Source: Vicugna vicugna (lineage: Eukaryota). Taken from it: a stretch of DNA of 64,000 bases. Position numbers and translations under genes: made by a program. The stretch covers positions 2,147,003 to 2,211,002 of the forward strand of contig MU058065.1 of NCBI GenBank assembly GCA_013265495.1. The letters are read 5' to 3'. The notes beneath the pieces were generated by a model. The model saw only the letters and a program-made list of their open reading frames with translations, searched no databases and was not told where the DNA came from. Below are positions 1-13,789 of the stretch, piece after piece. Each line of letters starts with the position of its first letter. Position 1 is the stretch's first letter.

Positions 1-807
1 CTTTCTGCTTCTACAGATGTAAACATTCTGTGGTCTCCCCCGCTTAATCTGATGGATCTTCCAATATCTCCTTGAATTCGCTGCACTTTTTCATTTCTGT
101 TAACTCTATCTAATGCATGTCCCACCTTCAGTGCATTAAGATGGAAATCTGATCAAATAGCAAACCTATATCACTCACTGCACACAAGTTTAGTGTCTAC
201 TTGCTGTGTGCGAACTTCTGAACCAGGAACAAAGAAGCCTCAAATGTGAATTGAAATGGACCTAGTAGGTCAGGAATTTACCACCCAGTTTGTTTCAAGT
301 ATGCAGACCTCTATTACCATAAAAATTCTCAATCTCCTCCCTAATAATACCTTAGTGTATTTAATAGTCATTCATTGAGAAACTACTTAATGACAAGAAG
401 CTATTAAACATTCAATAACTCCTTTTATGAATTTTTTTTATTAATGCAGTAACTTCTATATACTATTACTACATAATAGTAAATGCATGTCTGAGACACG
501 TTACCCCTTCAGTTCAATATGAGACCTAAATACACATTTGCCATCCTTTGGGGTAATTCCATCTCCATCTTACACCCCTGGATCTAAAGAGAAGCACAGA
601 ACCGGAATGGAACCCAGCTGACCCTTAACTCCTTTACTCTGACCATACAAAGCTTAATGCCCAGAAATATGGTTGTAAGCATGTTTGTAACTTCTGGTAC
701 AAAAGCTTAGACTTTGAGGATGTCTCAAAGTAAACGCAAACTATGCATATGAGTACAGATGATAGTGACCTACAGAAGCCTGAGCTCTTGAATTAATTCC
801 AGAAAAG

Positions 808-951
808 GGGGGGCAGCTACATAACTTGCAGGGCCCAGTGCAAAATGAAAGGCAGGGCCCCTTGTTCGAAAATTTACTAAGAATTTCAAAATGGTGACAG
901 CATGGGGAACTCCTGGACAGGGGTCCTATTGGATCTATGAGACCAGTCCTG
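808..951 (-). mobile_element. MER45A-like hAT-Tip100 DNA transposon remnant
   Basis: gctacataacttgcagggcccagtgcaaaatgaaa...ggccccttgttcgaaaatttactaagaatttcaaaatggtgacagca is the reverse complement of the MER45A 3' portion as I recall it. Confidence 0.7.
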
Positions 952-1049
952 AATGGGAGCCTGGTACACACCAAGATGTCTGCGACCGATGGTGGACTTT
1001 CATGCTCATTCAACAAAATCTATCATGAATCAGCAACAGCAAATGTAAT

Positions 1050-1262
1050 GGTGGCACCTACTGAGTGCCAGGCACTCCTCTAAGTGCTCTGTGTGGTATG
1101 TTGCATTTAACTGATGGAATAGGTATTTTTGCTATCCCCATTTTACAGATGAGGAAACCGAGGCCCAGATACGTTTAATAACTTAACAGAGTTGTGCGGC
1201 TAGTCAAAGAGAGAACTGGGATTCAGTCCCACGTAGTCTGACTTCAGAATGTAGGTCCTTAA
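1050..1262 (-). mobile_element. MIR SINE
   Basis: Contains the MIR core cccattttacagatgaggaaaccgaggcccaga, preceded by tactgagtgccaggcact. Confidence 0.8.
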
Positions 1263-1359
1263 CGCCTCATGTGGTTTGTTTTCCAAACACTATTTAGCTT
1301 TCATTTTAAGAATGAAATAAGAAAAGGTAAGCCAAACACTTGTTAATTCAGAGTCTAAA

Positions 1360-1535
1360 TATGGAGTACCTACTATGTCCCAGGCATTGTTCTAAGCATA
1401 TGCCAGCTCATTTAATTTTCAAAACTATCCTGTATGTATTATTATCAACTGCATTTTACCATTGAGGAAATTAAGGAACAGAGACATTAGGTAACCAGCC
1501 TAAGACATGCAAGTAAGAGACTGAGCAGGATTTCA
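1360..1535 (-). mobile_element. MIR SINE
   Basis: gagtacctactatgtcccaggcattgttctaagc...cattttaccattgaggaaattaaggaacagaga. Confidence 0.7.
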
Positions 1536-2833
1536 AAGGAGGGAGGGAGTAGAAAGTAAGAAACAAAAACCAGAGGCATTGGTTATTTTATATATATATT
1601 TTATATATAAATTATACATAAATATATTATATATACATAATTTACTTATTAAATAGTCATAAAAATATTTTGTGGTTCCTTGTAGGATGGTTCTGAAGGC
1701 ATTAGCTTTGAAAATGCTTCTTTTATCATGGAAAAGGAATGAAAGATTACAGTTAGAATCGGAAGGCGTACTACAAGAAAGCTCTTGCTTAAGTGGTATC
1801 CACGTCTGATGGTAAAACGAGGAGCCCTTATCTTTTCTGGGTCTGCAATTTATGTCTTACTTTTTTATGATCTTGAAATTGATTCTCCAGTAGGATGTAA
1901 ATAAGGTAGCCTCTGTTTTTTCCCCGTGTTCCTCCATTTTCATACTAATTAAATTGTCCTAAGAGTAACCATTAATCTTCCTCGGCCACCAACCACCCTC
2001 CCCACAACAGTGTTGCGTGGAATTCTCACACTGTGCTAACACTGTCTTGCAAAGCCAAACCCAAGACCAAGAGTGGTTCGTGTGCAAATAGATCAAGGCT
2101 AGTTCCTTGGGAAAACTAACAATACAGACCCTTCCCGTCTCCTGCCCTGAAGTGTGAGTTATTTAATTTACCAAGATGCGAGCTAGGAACCGAACCCTTA
2201 ATGAATGCTTTCACTGTTATTACCCACTGGAGAGCATGGATGAGCTGTTAAACATTAGCTGTTAGAGATAATGGAATTACCTTCTTCTAACACCTTGAAC
2301 TGGTACCACTCTACTCTTGATGCTGCTTCCGGCTTTCCCTAAAACCCCTCCAGAGTGCTGTGTTCATTCAGCAATCAGTGACTGAGAACCTCTTAATACT
2401 TTGTGGCAGACACGGAGAAATCAAACTTTCAGGTTCTTTGGAGTCTAGTAATGGAGAAAAGACACCCCCCCGCCCCCAGATATCTGATGAATTTGCCTGA
2501 GGCATGAAGACAATGCCATGGGCATCTAGAGGAGAGAAATTCCTTTTACCAGAGGTTTCAGAATGGAAGGAATCATGAGCTGATCCACATAGCAGCCAGG
2601 AAACTCAGTGCCTTATGTGCTTTCTGCACTTTTCTTAATTTTCCCAGCTCTTTCTCAGTCTATTCGAAGCTTATACAAGCCTTTTCAAATCAGATTTCAT
2701 CCATGCTCAAGAATCACTCAAAACATGAAGGAATTTTGTCCAACTTCTCCATGAGTCAGCTTATAGGAAGAGAAGGAGAAATCAAAGATCATAGAGAGAT
2801 TTGGCATTTTTTATTGCCAGGTCTCGTGGTGAC

Positions 2834-3388
2834 TGTGGTAGCCTGCCTCCATGATGGCTGCCGCCAATGACTTTCCTCCCTGCGGCTCATACAGTTACCC
2901 CATCGAGAGGCTGAGTCTATTTCTTTTCCTCTCCATTGAATCTGGGTTTTAATAAATTGAGCAATAAGACATGACAGATGTAGTGTTCTAGGCCTTTTGA
3001 AGCTAGTTCAAAAGGAGCTTTGTATCTCCTGCATAGGTCTCAGGGAACACTCTGGGAGTGTGGAGCCACGATGCCCCCAGTTACAGGAGACCACCATGCT
3101 GGAAAGATCGCTCCTGCGCACTCCTGTGACTGTTCCAGTTGAGCCCAGACTTCCAGGCCTCTCAACCAAGGCACCAGACATGGGATTTCTATCTTGGTGC
3201 TTCCAGATCTGCCCAATTGCCACTTGGATACGACTGAGTGGTCTCAGTCAGCACCGCATGGAGAAGAAGGTGTGCCCCAGGAAGCCTTGTTGAGTTCCCC
3301 ATTGACAAGACTGCGAGACAGAATCAAGTGTTGTCCCACGTCACTACCTTGGGGAGCAAATGATCGCACAACAGCAAAAATAAGAACA
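2834..3388 (+). mobile_element. MLT1 (G/H-like) ERVL-MaLR solo LTR
   Basis: TG...CA ends (tgtggtagcc ... aataagaaca) with MLT1 blocks cccatcgagaggctgagtctattt, ttgaatctgg and aaggcaccagacatg. Confidence 0.7.
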
Positions 3389-3699
3389 GCGATCAATCAG
3401 ATCCCTTGAACACTTTTGGTTTCATTTTGTGTTCATAAAACAGAATGGACTTTCTGTAACCTGTAATGGATCCTCACATTTTACAGATGAGAAAACTGAG
3501 GTCTGGAGCATCAAACAGCCATCCAGGGTTCTCTTTCATGTTTTCTCTTTCATTAGTCTCTTCTTTCAGGAATCTTGGCTGTTCTCAGAATCAGTTAGAG
3601 AAATCATTCCTTTTAGTCTCAAACCCACCAATAATGTGAACAAATCTGGAATGTCTGTAAAGAGCAAATGTGGACAAGTGGAAGAGCTCAGCTTAACTT

Positions 3700-3792
3700 A
3701 CGGGGTTTCAGGCACTCAACGAATTAGTGTTGAATAAAGGAAGGAAGGAATTTGAATGAATGAGTGAATGAATGAATGAATGAATGAATGAA
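3700..3792 (+). mobile_element. L2 3' terminus with (GAAT)n tail
   Basis: ggcactcaacgaattagtgttgaat followed by a (gaat)n run, typical of the L2 3' end. Confidence 0.55.
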
Positions 3793-4621
3793 ACATCCTC
3801 TCTTTGTGCAAATGGAGAGATCTGCAGCAAGGCAGCTTCACCAACTTTATTTTTCATAATGAATTCAACTGACCCACTGCCTTTTGACAGCTTGACCCCC
3901 GAAGCGTCAGCTAGAAAACTGGTATTTGTGTCCGAATCTGTGACTCCATGACACGACTCTCTGTTCCCTGCCAGGATTCCAGTTCCGACCAAGGAAACGG
4001 CTTTTCTTGGAGGTCACACCTCTCCATGTTATGTACCACATTTAATCTCTGTGTTGCATCTTGTTGGGGAGCCTGTAGTAATAATTCCAACAGCAATAAC
4101 TCATTTTTTTCCTGTGAGTAAATTCATTCTTCATGATGGTTCTGTACCACCTCAAATCCAGTTATTTGGGCTGAAGAGCTGAGGGTGACCCAGTGAAGGA
4201 CGAGGTCCCGCTGAGCAATGCTGGCAGTGGGTGGTATTCGTTGGTGTCATATTTGTGTGTGTGACTTGACCCAGAGGCCTAGTAATGCCAAGGGTCCTGC
4301 TCACAGGGAACTCAGGTAGAGGAACAGACTAATCTGGGGTTCTGTTTCTCGAAGACGATCGGTCCTTTGGAGGCTGAACAGCATGTATTGAAAGAAGCAC
4401 AAAATTCACTGGTCACTAAGCTGAAAAGGGCCCCTGTCCCTAGTCACCCTCAGAGACGAGAGCACTCAAAGCTCATGCTCATTTACGCCACAAATCACAC
4501 CACAGTGAAGCCGCGGAGACAGCATCGCCCACGGACTGCGGCAGGAAGCTGGGGTACGGAGCTGGGAAGGAGACGGTTCTTTGGCTAGACTTCACTGACT
4601 GGAGTATCTCTCCACAAAGGG

Positions 4622-4644
4622 AGACCTTTGACCTTTTGACCTTT
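4622..4644 (-). promoter_or_regulatory. Tandem nuclear-receptor half-site array (DR2+DR1; two NBRE octamers)
   Basis: agacct-t-tgacct-tt-tgacct-tt reads on the minus strand as AA-AGGTCA-aa-AGGTCA-a-AGGTCT. This is a motif match only; function is untested. Confidence 0.35.
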
Positions 4645-5079
4645 GGCACCCCTGGGAGCACTGAGTCTGCAGCTGTTGCATCTCCTGGGCTCCCCCCCCA
4701 AGAACTGGAGCTCTGAAGGCCCCTTGTGAACAGACAATGCGCTCTTATCTAAGAGGGATGGGATTGCCTCTTCTCAGGGAAACAGTCCAGGGCCCTTGTC
4801 TTTCGGGGAAGTTACTGAACCACAGCCAAACCACAAAAATCAGCTGCTAGAATAGCCTCGAAAATTTTTTTTAAGGAGTATGTAAATAAATTAAAGGGAC
4901 ATTGGAGTTTTTAGAGTTTACCTTCTGTCCTAACTGGAACATTGATCATCAGATCAGTGGGAGGTTAGGGGAAGCATCACTACTATGACTCTGAGGTGAC
5001 ACGACTCACCATCCGGGCCAGGCCCTGGCCAGCTGCCCACCACCCCGTGCCAACCAGTGAAGACCACCCTTCATCCATG

Positions 5080-5480
5080 GGGCAAGTAGGTACTAAAATC
5101 AGGACTAAATGCTGAGCATGGTGCTGTGTTGTGGGAGATACAGTTTGCCTTAAGAATAAACGTGGTTGCTGCCTCTATGGAACTTAACAGTTTTGTGGAA
5201 GAAAGAGAATGCTAACCAAACAATCCCATGAACAATATAAATTTGTAACTGTGATAAGTGTCAGAAAAGTACTCAGTGCTCATCCATAGACAGGGGATTG
5301 ACTCAGGGAAGTCAAGTACGTCTGCTTGGAGTAAGAGAAATTTGAGCTGCACTTTCAGAAAATTTGAATAGGAGTTAACAAGATGATAAGGGAGAAAGGG
5401 ATATTCTAGCCAGAAAAAGGAGTATATGCAAAGTCCTATGACGGACAGAAGACAGTGAGTTTAAGGGACAGAAGATGGCC
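5080..5480 (-). mobile_element. L2 LINE fragment
   Basis: gctgcctctatggaacttaacagtt...tcagggaagtc...atttgagctg...attctagccagaaaaaggagtatatgcaaagtcct matches the antisense L2 3' region. Confidence 0.6.
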
Positions 5481-5864
5481 AGACCTATCCTGCAGGTTGA
5501 GGGTGGTCCTGCCACATGACCCTGCCTCGCTCCTGTGTCATACCACTAACGTCGTCTCTTATGTGCCCCAAATTCTTCCTCATGGGCACATCCTTCTCCT
5601 TGGAGGAACTTCTCTCTCTTCATCAATTCTCAGCCTAAAATCTCATCACTGGGGACATCTCCTTGTGTGTCCCCAGAGTTTGTATTGATGATGTTCACAG
5701 CACTCTCTAAGGCATTCTTTTTCCACAGCACAAATGAAAATTTTGAGGAAATAAATCCTGAGTGACTGCCTACCATATGTCTCCTCTGTTAGACTGTAAA
5801 CCCCTCGAGGGCAGAGCCTCTGCCTTCTCTGTGCCATGTTCTCACATTTGCACATAATAATCTT

Positions 5865-6050
5865 GAGTAACTACTGAATGCTTATTAGGTACTAGGCATT
5901 TTAGAGAAACTAGTTCATTTATTCCCCACAACACTTCTGTGAGGTAACTGCCTTATGGAGGGAGGAAGGCAAGTGAAGTGCAGAGAAAGCAACGTGGCCA
6001 AGATTGTGCAGCTGTTGTGGTGGAGACAGGATTTGAACTCAGGAGGCCTG
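5865..6050 (-). mobile_element. MIR SINE
   Basis: tactgaatgcttattaggtactaggca...ccaagattgtgcagctg...caggatttgaactcagg. Confidence 0.6.
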
Positions 6051-8459
6051 AGCAAAAGGATACAGCTTGTATGGTGAGATGCGCATATGCACTTTTAAAA
6101 CTTCCATTGCTTTATGTCAAACTAAAATCGATACTTGGGAGAATCTAGAGTTATGAAGTCCAATTATAGAGTTTTTAAATGAGTTGCCAAACGTGGAAAT
6201 TTTCCCATCTACATCTGATTTCTAGATAAATTGCAGTATTCTGAAACGGAAACCCATGTCCTCTTAAAATATGGCATGGCACTTTCTCTCTCTCTCACCT
6301 TTGGTTTTTATTTGTCAATGTGTTCCATTATTTGAAAACAAGCTAACCTAATAATTTGCTGAAGTAAAAACTTATCTCCATGTGGGATAAAGGTGGGCTT
6401 TGCTCGGTGGTGATATGGGCAATATGTTAAACTCTGAAAGACAACCAACATCTTCTTATAGTTCAGAGATGCTCCAGAAAACATCTGCGTGTGTGATTTT
6501 CTAAGAGGAGAAGGTGAAGTGAGTCAGTATACTTGCTACCAAGGAAGTAGGAATTTAAGACTTGGCTTGGTCACTGGCCTCTGGGATACTGCTGGCCAGG
6601 TGACTTGGCCTCCACCAGCTCCAGGTGCACGGCGGGAAGTCTCCAACCTCCGCCAGTTACTTCCACAATAAAGAAGAGACTCTTCAATTCATTCTCACAG
6701 AAAGAGGTGAGAGGGACCACGGGCTGGGTCAGATTGCCAAGGGGAGTCAAGGCCTGCCCCTTCATGAGGGGCTCCAGGTAACCCTGGACCTTTTCGACTG
6801 AGAATTGCATTTACGTCAGAAATGTGCAATTGATCATAGAAGCTCAGTGCCATTTCACCACAGCATTGGTTCCTTCTTTCAGTGCAATAAGCCAAAAGTG
6901 AGCTCTAAGTTCATCCCCGGTGAATTTAAATCTCACAGGGACATTCAGAACATCCTTTGATATCAGGGGGACGTTGTTCTGAATAATTTTGAAGGAAGGC
7001 AGTGCTGGTGAGTTTGGTGAAAAGGACAATTTATGGGAGGAGGTTAGTGAGCTGTGGAAGCCAGCCCTTACTTGAAGTAAAACGGCACAAGTTAAAGAAG
7101 AGACAGGAACGTTGGTGCTTCGAAGGAAGAACACATCATGTACTCGGGGCAGAACAGAAAAATGAATGAGGCTGATCACAGGGCAGGGTCTGAGGAGAGA
7201 TTTCTTTTTAGGAGTAAGGCTTGCAGAGAGAGGCTTCCACAGACCTCTTTTGACAGATAGAAAAACTATGTATGTATTTTGGAAAATCAAGCAATTAGCT
7301 GTACTCCAGAGCCCCCAGAGGTACTTTAGGGTCAATAATACAATGTCTGGGGTCGTGTGTCACAGCTTCTCTCCCTCACACTACCTTTTTTCTCCACTCT
7401 TTTATACTCTGATCATGTGTGTAAAAGCTAAATCATTAGAATGGCCAATGATCATAAGCATAAAAGAATCCATTTTTATGTGAATAATTGGATGTCAGTC
7501 CCATTGTGTAATAAAGGCTTAATAAACAAAGGTCATTTATGAAAGAACTAAATGTCTCTTGCAGCCTCAGAACCCCAGCCTCACCTCACTGTACCAGGTG
7601 TGGGGGTGGCGATGCTTATTTTGAATGCAGATCACCTGAAACCACCTGACATTTGCCAGATTAAACTCCCTAGGGGTGGTGCTGAAGAATCTGCATTTTA
7701 ATCATGTAATTTCCTCAGGCAATGCTTGTGTACACCTGCTTTTGAGATAGAAGGTGATGACAGATACCCTCCTTCATTAATACAATTAGCAAATTGTCTC
7801 ACTGTCATCAAACCATGGGTTACCCCTTGTTTTTCGTGATAAACTTCCTCCTTTGGGTTTACACTTTCTCTAGTGGTTGCCATTTGCTGACCATGGCTCA
7901 TACCCAGGTATCCCTGAGCCTCATTCACCCTCTCTCCGAATCAACCCAGGCTGATGGTCCAGGCAAATTTGCTCTTATGCCCAATGGGCTGAAATGCAAT
8001 TTACACAATGTATTTTCCATTACTGATGTCTGACTCCCATCAACGTTGAGTAGGAAATCATTAAAATCACCCTACACTTTACATCTCATTATAACTTGTT
8101 AGTCGTTTCAATATAATAACATAATTCTGTTCACTTTAAAAATTATGAGATGTAAAAATTCTTTTTTAGTCTCTCCTCGGCGTGTTCGATATGCTTAGAG
8201 ATTAAAATACATGACCTGCATAAAAGATAAGATCAAAAATAAATTCTAAACCCCAACATAAATGGTCATGAGCTTCCAGGAAATGAATTTAGATAAAAAG
8301 CAGCAGGTCTGGGCATTTATAACAGTTATCACAGATATGGATTTGGTCCTTTCGAAAAAAAATTTTTTTTCTTTCATTTCTAGCTCTCTCTGGCCTTTTC
8401 CTTTGCTGAGCAAATTTACTTTCTCACACTCTTGTATGAGATCTGCACAAAGTTCTTTT

Positions 8460-8561
8460 CTTTGAACAATCAAAGCAATCTCTGTCATTTTAAAGCATCC
8501 TCTCTGCTGGAAATTCACTTTGGTTTCCAGAAAGACATTGTTAATTAGGTTACAAAGGTCA
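8460..8561. promoter_or_regulatory. Candidate enhancer motif cluster (TCF/LEF, SOX, homeodomain, nuclear receptor)
   Basis: CTTTGA-acaa-TCAAAG at 8460-8475; CATTGTTAATTA at 8536-8547; AGGTTA-caa-AGGTCA at 8547-8561. The surrounding sequence looks non-repetitive. Confidence 0.3.
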
Positions 8562-11500
8562 CTTAGTGTAAAACCAGGCAGGTTTGGGTTTGTATCTTGG
8601 TTTCCTTGATTAGGAATATTTAAAGTGAAGTCATCTTATAGTTTGAAAATTTGCCTGATACACTCTGTTACAACATTATGCAGATGTAGGCTGGGACGTC
8701 AGTAATAATGATGCCAGTTGAAGAACAGGGAATTCAAATGCTTACTGCAGTCAAGCATGATGTGAGGAAAAGAGCGCGCACCTGGCCTCTTAGGGGCCCA
8801 TCTTGGCACCCAGTAGAGCACTGATAAGCAGATAACATGATCACCTCTTTAGAGAAATCTCTCAAAGAGACAGCAGAAGCAATCTCACCCAGTGTACACA
8901 TGGCAAAACTTCTGAAAATCACCTCCAAGTTTCTCTCACATCAGAGCAGCTGCCCAAATCCCTGCTTCCCTCTCTTAAAACACCCCAGCCCATCTTCCAA
9001 ACCCCAAGCTACGTGGCCTTCGCTTCTTGCCCCATCGTCTCACCATCCCAGGTTCTTACTGCTCACAGATAATTCCCTTTTCTGGTGAAACCCAAGGCAT
9101 AAGCATGATGGTGCAACTCTGGTACAACTTGTAATTTGTATTTAGGTTCCAGTAATTTGTGTTTAGGCGATGTTGAACTTTCAGAGTGCAATTAGAATTT
9201 TTAAAAACATCATATAAGCAAATTTATGGGCTACGGTGAAAATAAATCCTTACTTAGGAAAGCCTGGCCTCTTGCATTAAGACATAAGAGGATTGGGGTT
9301 TTTCCTGGGCAAAGGTCAACAGAAGAGATAGGGTCACCAATGGTCACAGGTCCTGTTCTGGTTTTAGCACCAAAACTAGGGGCTTCCCATTCCCAGCAAA
9401 CCAGGACACGTGGTCCCCCTAGAAGGAGGCTGTATGCTTCTCTTTGGGACAGCCTGACGTAACGAGACTCCAAAGAGTAACCCAAAGATGAAATCAGAAC
9501 CTCCTCTTTCACTGGACAAGGCAAGCTCATTGCTCCCAGGGGACCACGGGTTGCCCGGACAATTCCTTCTGCATGTCCTGCCTACACTCTGCTTGTTTCA
9601 GGGGTCAGTGTCGCCTGCCTTGGACAGTGGCCAAGCCAGGGACTCGTGCCTCCTTCCAGGTGGGGTCTTAGGCAACAGAGGGTGTACTAAAACTTCATTT
9701 CGCTTTACTCAGAGTCTGCCAAGTCTTACCCTAGTTTCAACAACTTAGCCATAGTGTCACCTTTAGGATTAGAAAACTGAATCCCTAACAAAATTAAAAG
9801 CACCATTGTCACTACAGGACTATTTCCCTGTGTGGGTGAAACTCATCATTTTAGCCCTAAAGTAATTTCACTGCCCCCTTCCTTATGAGAGGATGCCAAC
9901 ACATAAGTTGAAATTGTTCCTTTATTTTTTTAAGTCATTCTAATGACATCATAATGATAGCTATTTTTAATGTTAAAAATTACATTTCAGAGAAAGCCAC
10001 TTGTGCCATACCCTTTCAAAAGTCAAACTGATAATATTTATGGATGACCGGACTAATCTCTATTTCATTTTTGCCTGACTTGGTGGGGGGGTAGATGTGC
10101 TTAAGGGCTGGTCTGGTTCAGCTTCTGCACACGTCCCCACCGGTCCCCACTGATGTGCTGCATTCTGAGACCTGTCTCTCTCCCCAGTGCAAGTCCTTAG
10201 GGCATTTCCCTCATTGGCAACTTGGTCTTGTTAATTAGCCCTCCTGAGGGCTCAGGTCATTTGTCCTTTTGGTGGCCAGAATTTTCCCGACTTAAGGAAG
10301 ACTGTGCAAAGAAGAGATAAAGTCTTTCAAAAATAAATCTTACTGCTATTTTCAATGCATTTCTTAGCTTCAAAAGACCAAAACCAAATGAGGATAACTT
10401 AACAAGACACATCAGTTTAAATCACATCTTTCATAGTTTTTTTAAGAGAAAGTGTAATGGATGGCATTAGGTTTTTAATAGTTATTTTAATGTATTTTGC
10501 CTAATACATTTGATATACAGTATGAACAACATGAATCAGCATTTAACTGGAACTGAAATCGAGGGGTTATGAGATTGTTGTTACATGTTTGATTCATCAG
10601 GAAAATTCATCATACCCACAACCAGCCCGAAGCTTCAGAACACGTGGTCCGAAGACCCCAAAGCAATAGAGATGGGCTTCTTAAGATGGAAATTCCAAGC
10701 CCAGGATTAAACATGGTCTCTGTCATCCTAAAGAAGCTGAAATGCAACGGCCTTAGGAGCACTTTCTGGAAAGCTAGCCATCAACCCAAACCCCTTGGTC
10801 TCCTTGGTAATAAGCCCAGGAGGTCTGGGGAGATGTTTCGCTTTCCACTACATGGCGTCAGATTCCTGGCCCCCTTCTGAGCAAGGTCAAGCCGTCTGGG
10901 GGCATCGCCTGCCTCTCTTGGCTCCTTCCTTTTCTCCTTTGCATCAGTCAATACTCTCGGGTCTGACTTCCACCCAGTTCACGCTGGCCAAAGGACAAAA
11001 AGAGTGTATTGTAAGAATGATGTGGATAGAACTCCAAATGCAAAGAATGGCTGAGGTCCTGGGGGAACCTCGATACCTTGGGATCCAGACACAGCACACA
11101 CTGACCCCCTTAGTCTTGTGGCAAGGCTAAGCTGTAGGTTTGATTATTGTCACCATTACATAGAAGAGGACAGAACATTCAGGTAGCTTGCTGAGGTCAC
11201 ATAATTGGTGAGTAGCAGGATTTAACTGCTGTTAGACTGGCTGACCCCAGGTCTAACCACTCAACTACCATCATTCCTGCCAAATTCTCTCTCCTCTTTT
11301 TCCTCCCTTTGCTCTTCCTCTCTCCCCTGTTGGGTTATTGATGGAAGGGCTTGGAGAGGACTGGGCGCTGAAGTCAGGGGAATTCTCAGAAACCCGTTTT
11401 GCCCTGACAACAGCCCCAAACGCATGCTCTGGTCTTTCTCCACTTCCTCTAGCCGCTTCCAGTGCTATTTCTCTTTGGTTCAACTACCAGCTCCAAACTG

Positions 11501-12679
11501 GAGCCAAGAACTGGATTCAGTTTTCTTCATTTGGACCGAGGCAGTGTGGAATATTCTTCACCAAGGCAGAGAACGAATGCCTGCTGAACACTGGGAGAAA
11601 ATTTTACACAAAAACGTGTGGGGGAGGAAAGAAGGAAAAAGCAATAATATACAGAAATCTATTCAAAATGCTGAATCACTCATGTTTTATCAGATTACTG
11701 TCACACCTCAGGGCTAAATAACCACTAAAATATAATTTAACACTTGATTGTAAACTGTCTTCTGCTTCCTTCTTTACTTCATAGATAGGAAAGTCTTAAA
11801 GACCCCATCCAAACACCACCCCTTCCATGTGGCTCCCCCTCCCGGCTTCCCCCGAAGGCAGACACTCTGGGGTCTTCCCTTCCCTGCATTGGCCAAGTCT
11901 TCGGCACACAAATATCCCATCGTAGCATCGCTGCTGCTTCCTCTGTGCGTTCCTGCCACGATGATTGTTATTTTCTTAAGAACAGTAACCGTGGCTTGTG
12001 CATCTATATTTTACTCATCCTCCCTAATAATGTCTGGAACAAAGTAGTTCAATAAATATTAATTCATCGATCCCACTGGTCTCCCTTCAGCTCTTCCAGT
12101 ACATTCTGCATTTTCCTGCCTTAAGGCCAATGGGTTTATTCTAACTGGCTGAGTGACGATGTCAGACTCAGTGGGGTGCTTTCTGCTGAAAGCAATGCTA
12201 TTCTATTCCTCCGTTGCCGCTTCCAATCCACTGCTCAGAGCCATCCTGAGCGACACCAGGATGAAATCTCAGGCAAGTCTCGCCAGTTTTCTGTTGACTC
12301 TCAGGTAATAGATGAGCTGTGTCTTTCAGAGGCAGGAGGAGGTTAAATCGCTTGGTCAAAATCACGGAGCTGGTAACTGATGGAGCCAGAACCAGCGTCC
12401 AGCGTTCTGCTGGCGATGCTGTCTAGGCTCCAGGCGAGTTCTCCTTTTTGCTTCCACAGTCAGTCATTTGTTGAGAAGATCTCACATCTTGGGAGAGACC
12501 TGCCTGAAAAGTCAGTGCATTTAAAGAAGGCTTGAAATCCTAACCAAATCAAGAACCTGGCCAGGAGAGCCCTCTGGGGCTCGGGTGTCCTTTGTCAGTT
12601 TCCACTTCATACTGGCCAGAAGTAAAATGTTGGCTGGGTTTGGTTCTGTCTGATCCTCAGTCACCCCGCAAACATAGCA

Positions 12680-12985
12680 TGCTGTTCCATGCTCCTGTAT
12701 TTATGCACACGTTACTCCTGCTGGCGATGCCCTCGGTGTAAGTTAGTGCCAACATCCCTTCCTCTCTGAAGATTTGCAATAAAGTTTGGGGGCTTTTCCT
12801 ACCGTGCTTTCACTGAACCTCTGTTATCTTTACCCCATTATGTGAGTGTGTATGTTGAGGGGGTGGTGTATGTGTCCCCACTAGACTCTGAGCTCCTGAA
12901 GACCAAGGATCCTGCCTTCTTATCTGTGTAGCCCTAGAGTCTAATTCGGCACCTGCCATTGAAATATAAATTTTATTGAGCACGT
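12680..12985 (+). mobile_element. L2 LINE 3' fragment
   Basis: tccccactagactctgagctcctgaagaccaaggatcctgccttcttatctgtgtagccctagag matches the L2 3' end. Confidence 0.6.
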
Positions 12986-13789
12986 ACTACATACCAGGTC
13001 CTGTGCTACACACTATGGAAAAATAGTCTGTCCTCAAAAACTTCCAGTAATGATAATAACTGTTGCAGGTTTCCCCAACCCATCCCTCCTCTCCCACCAT
13101 GATTGCATCTAAGTTCTTCGGGTTCTGTGTCGTGCTGAGATAGATACTGGGTTGCTGGTTGAGGCGGGGCGGGGGTCTCATCTTCAAATATTGTCCACAT
13201 AGGACCCCAGCACATTGCTCCTTGGAGTCTTGTCTGGAAGGCCCTTTGGAGTCAGACTTTCTGTGTCTTTAAGCCAGTGCCTCACACAAAGACTCACTCT
13301 CTCCCCACCTCTGCCATCTGCCCTGACCACAGGGAGCTCCAAGACACTGACCAAGATCTTGTCTACTTCCAGACTCTTTTGGGCACAAGGTGTCTGCCCC
13401 AAGTCCCCCTAAATCTGTTGCGAGTTCGCATCATGCCCCACACCCCCAGGACTGTCCCCTCCCTCCACCTCCCGTCACAAGGGTCCCTCTTTCTCAGCCT
13501 CCTAGAATGTCTTGGCCACCCCTTCCCCGCATTGAAGTTCTGTCTCAGAAGCCGGAGGGCTGGTCCAGCTCACCGTAAATTCTTTCTGCCTCTGCGTTTG
13601 CATTGGAATGTCAACAGCCTTTTTCACTTCTGCTGCAGCAAGTTTTCCCCTAAAGGCGAGGTTTGTGATGGTAATGGCCCAAAAGGGAAAAGGAGTAGAG
13701 CAACAGAAAATACCGAGAAAAGAAATTTCAAAAATATTACTGAAGAACAGTAACAGCCATAGCAGCTGATTATTTCTTCGCTGTTATAA

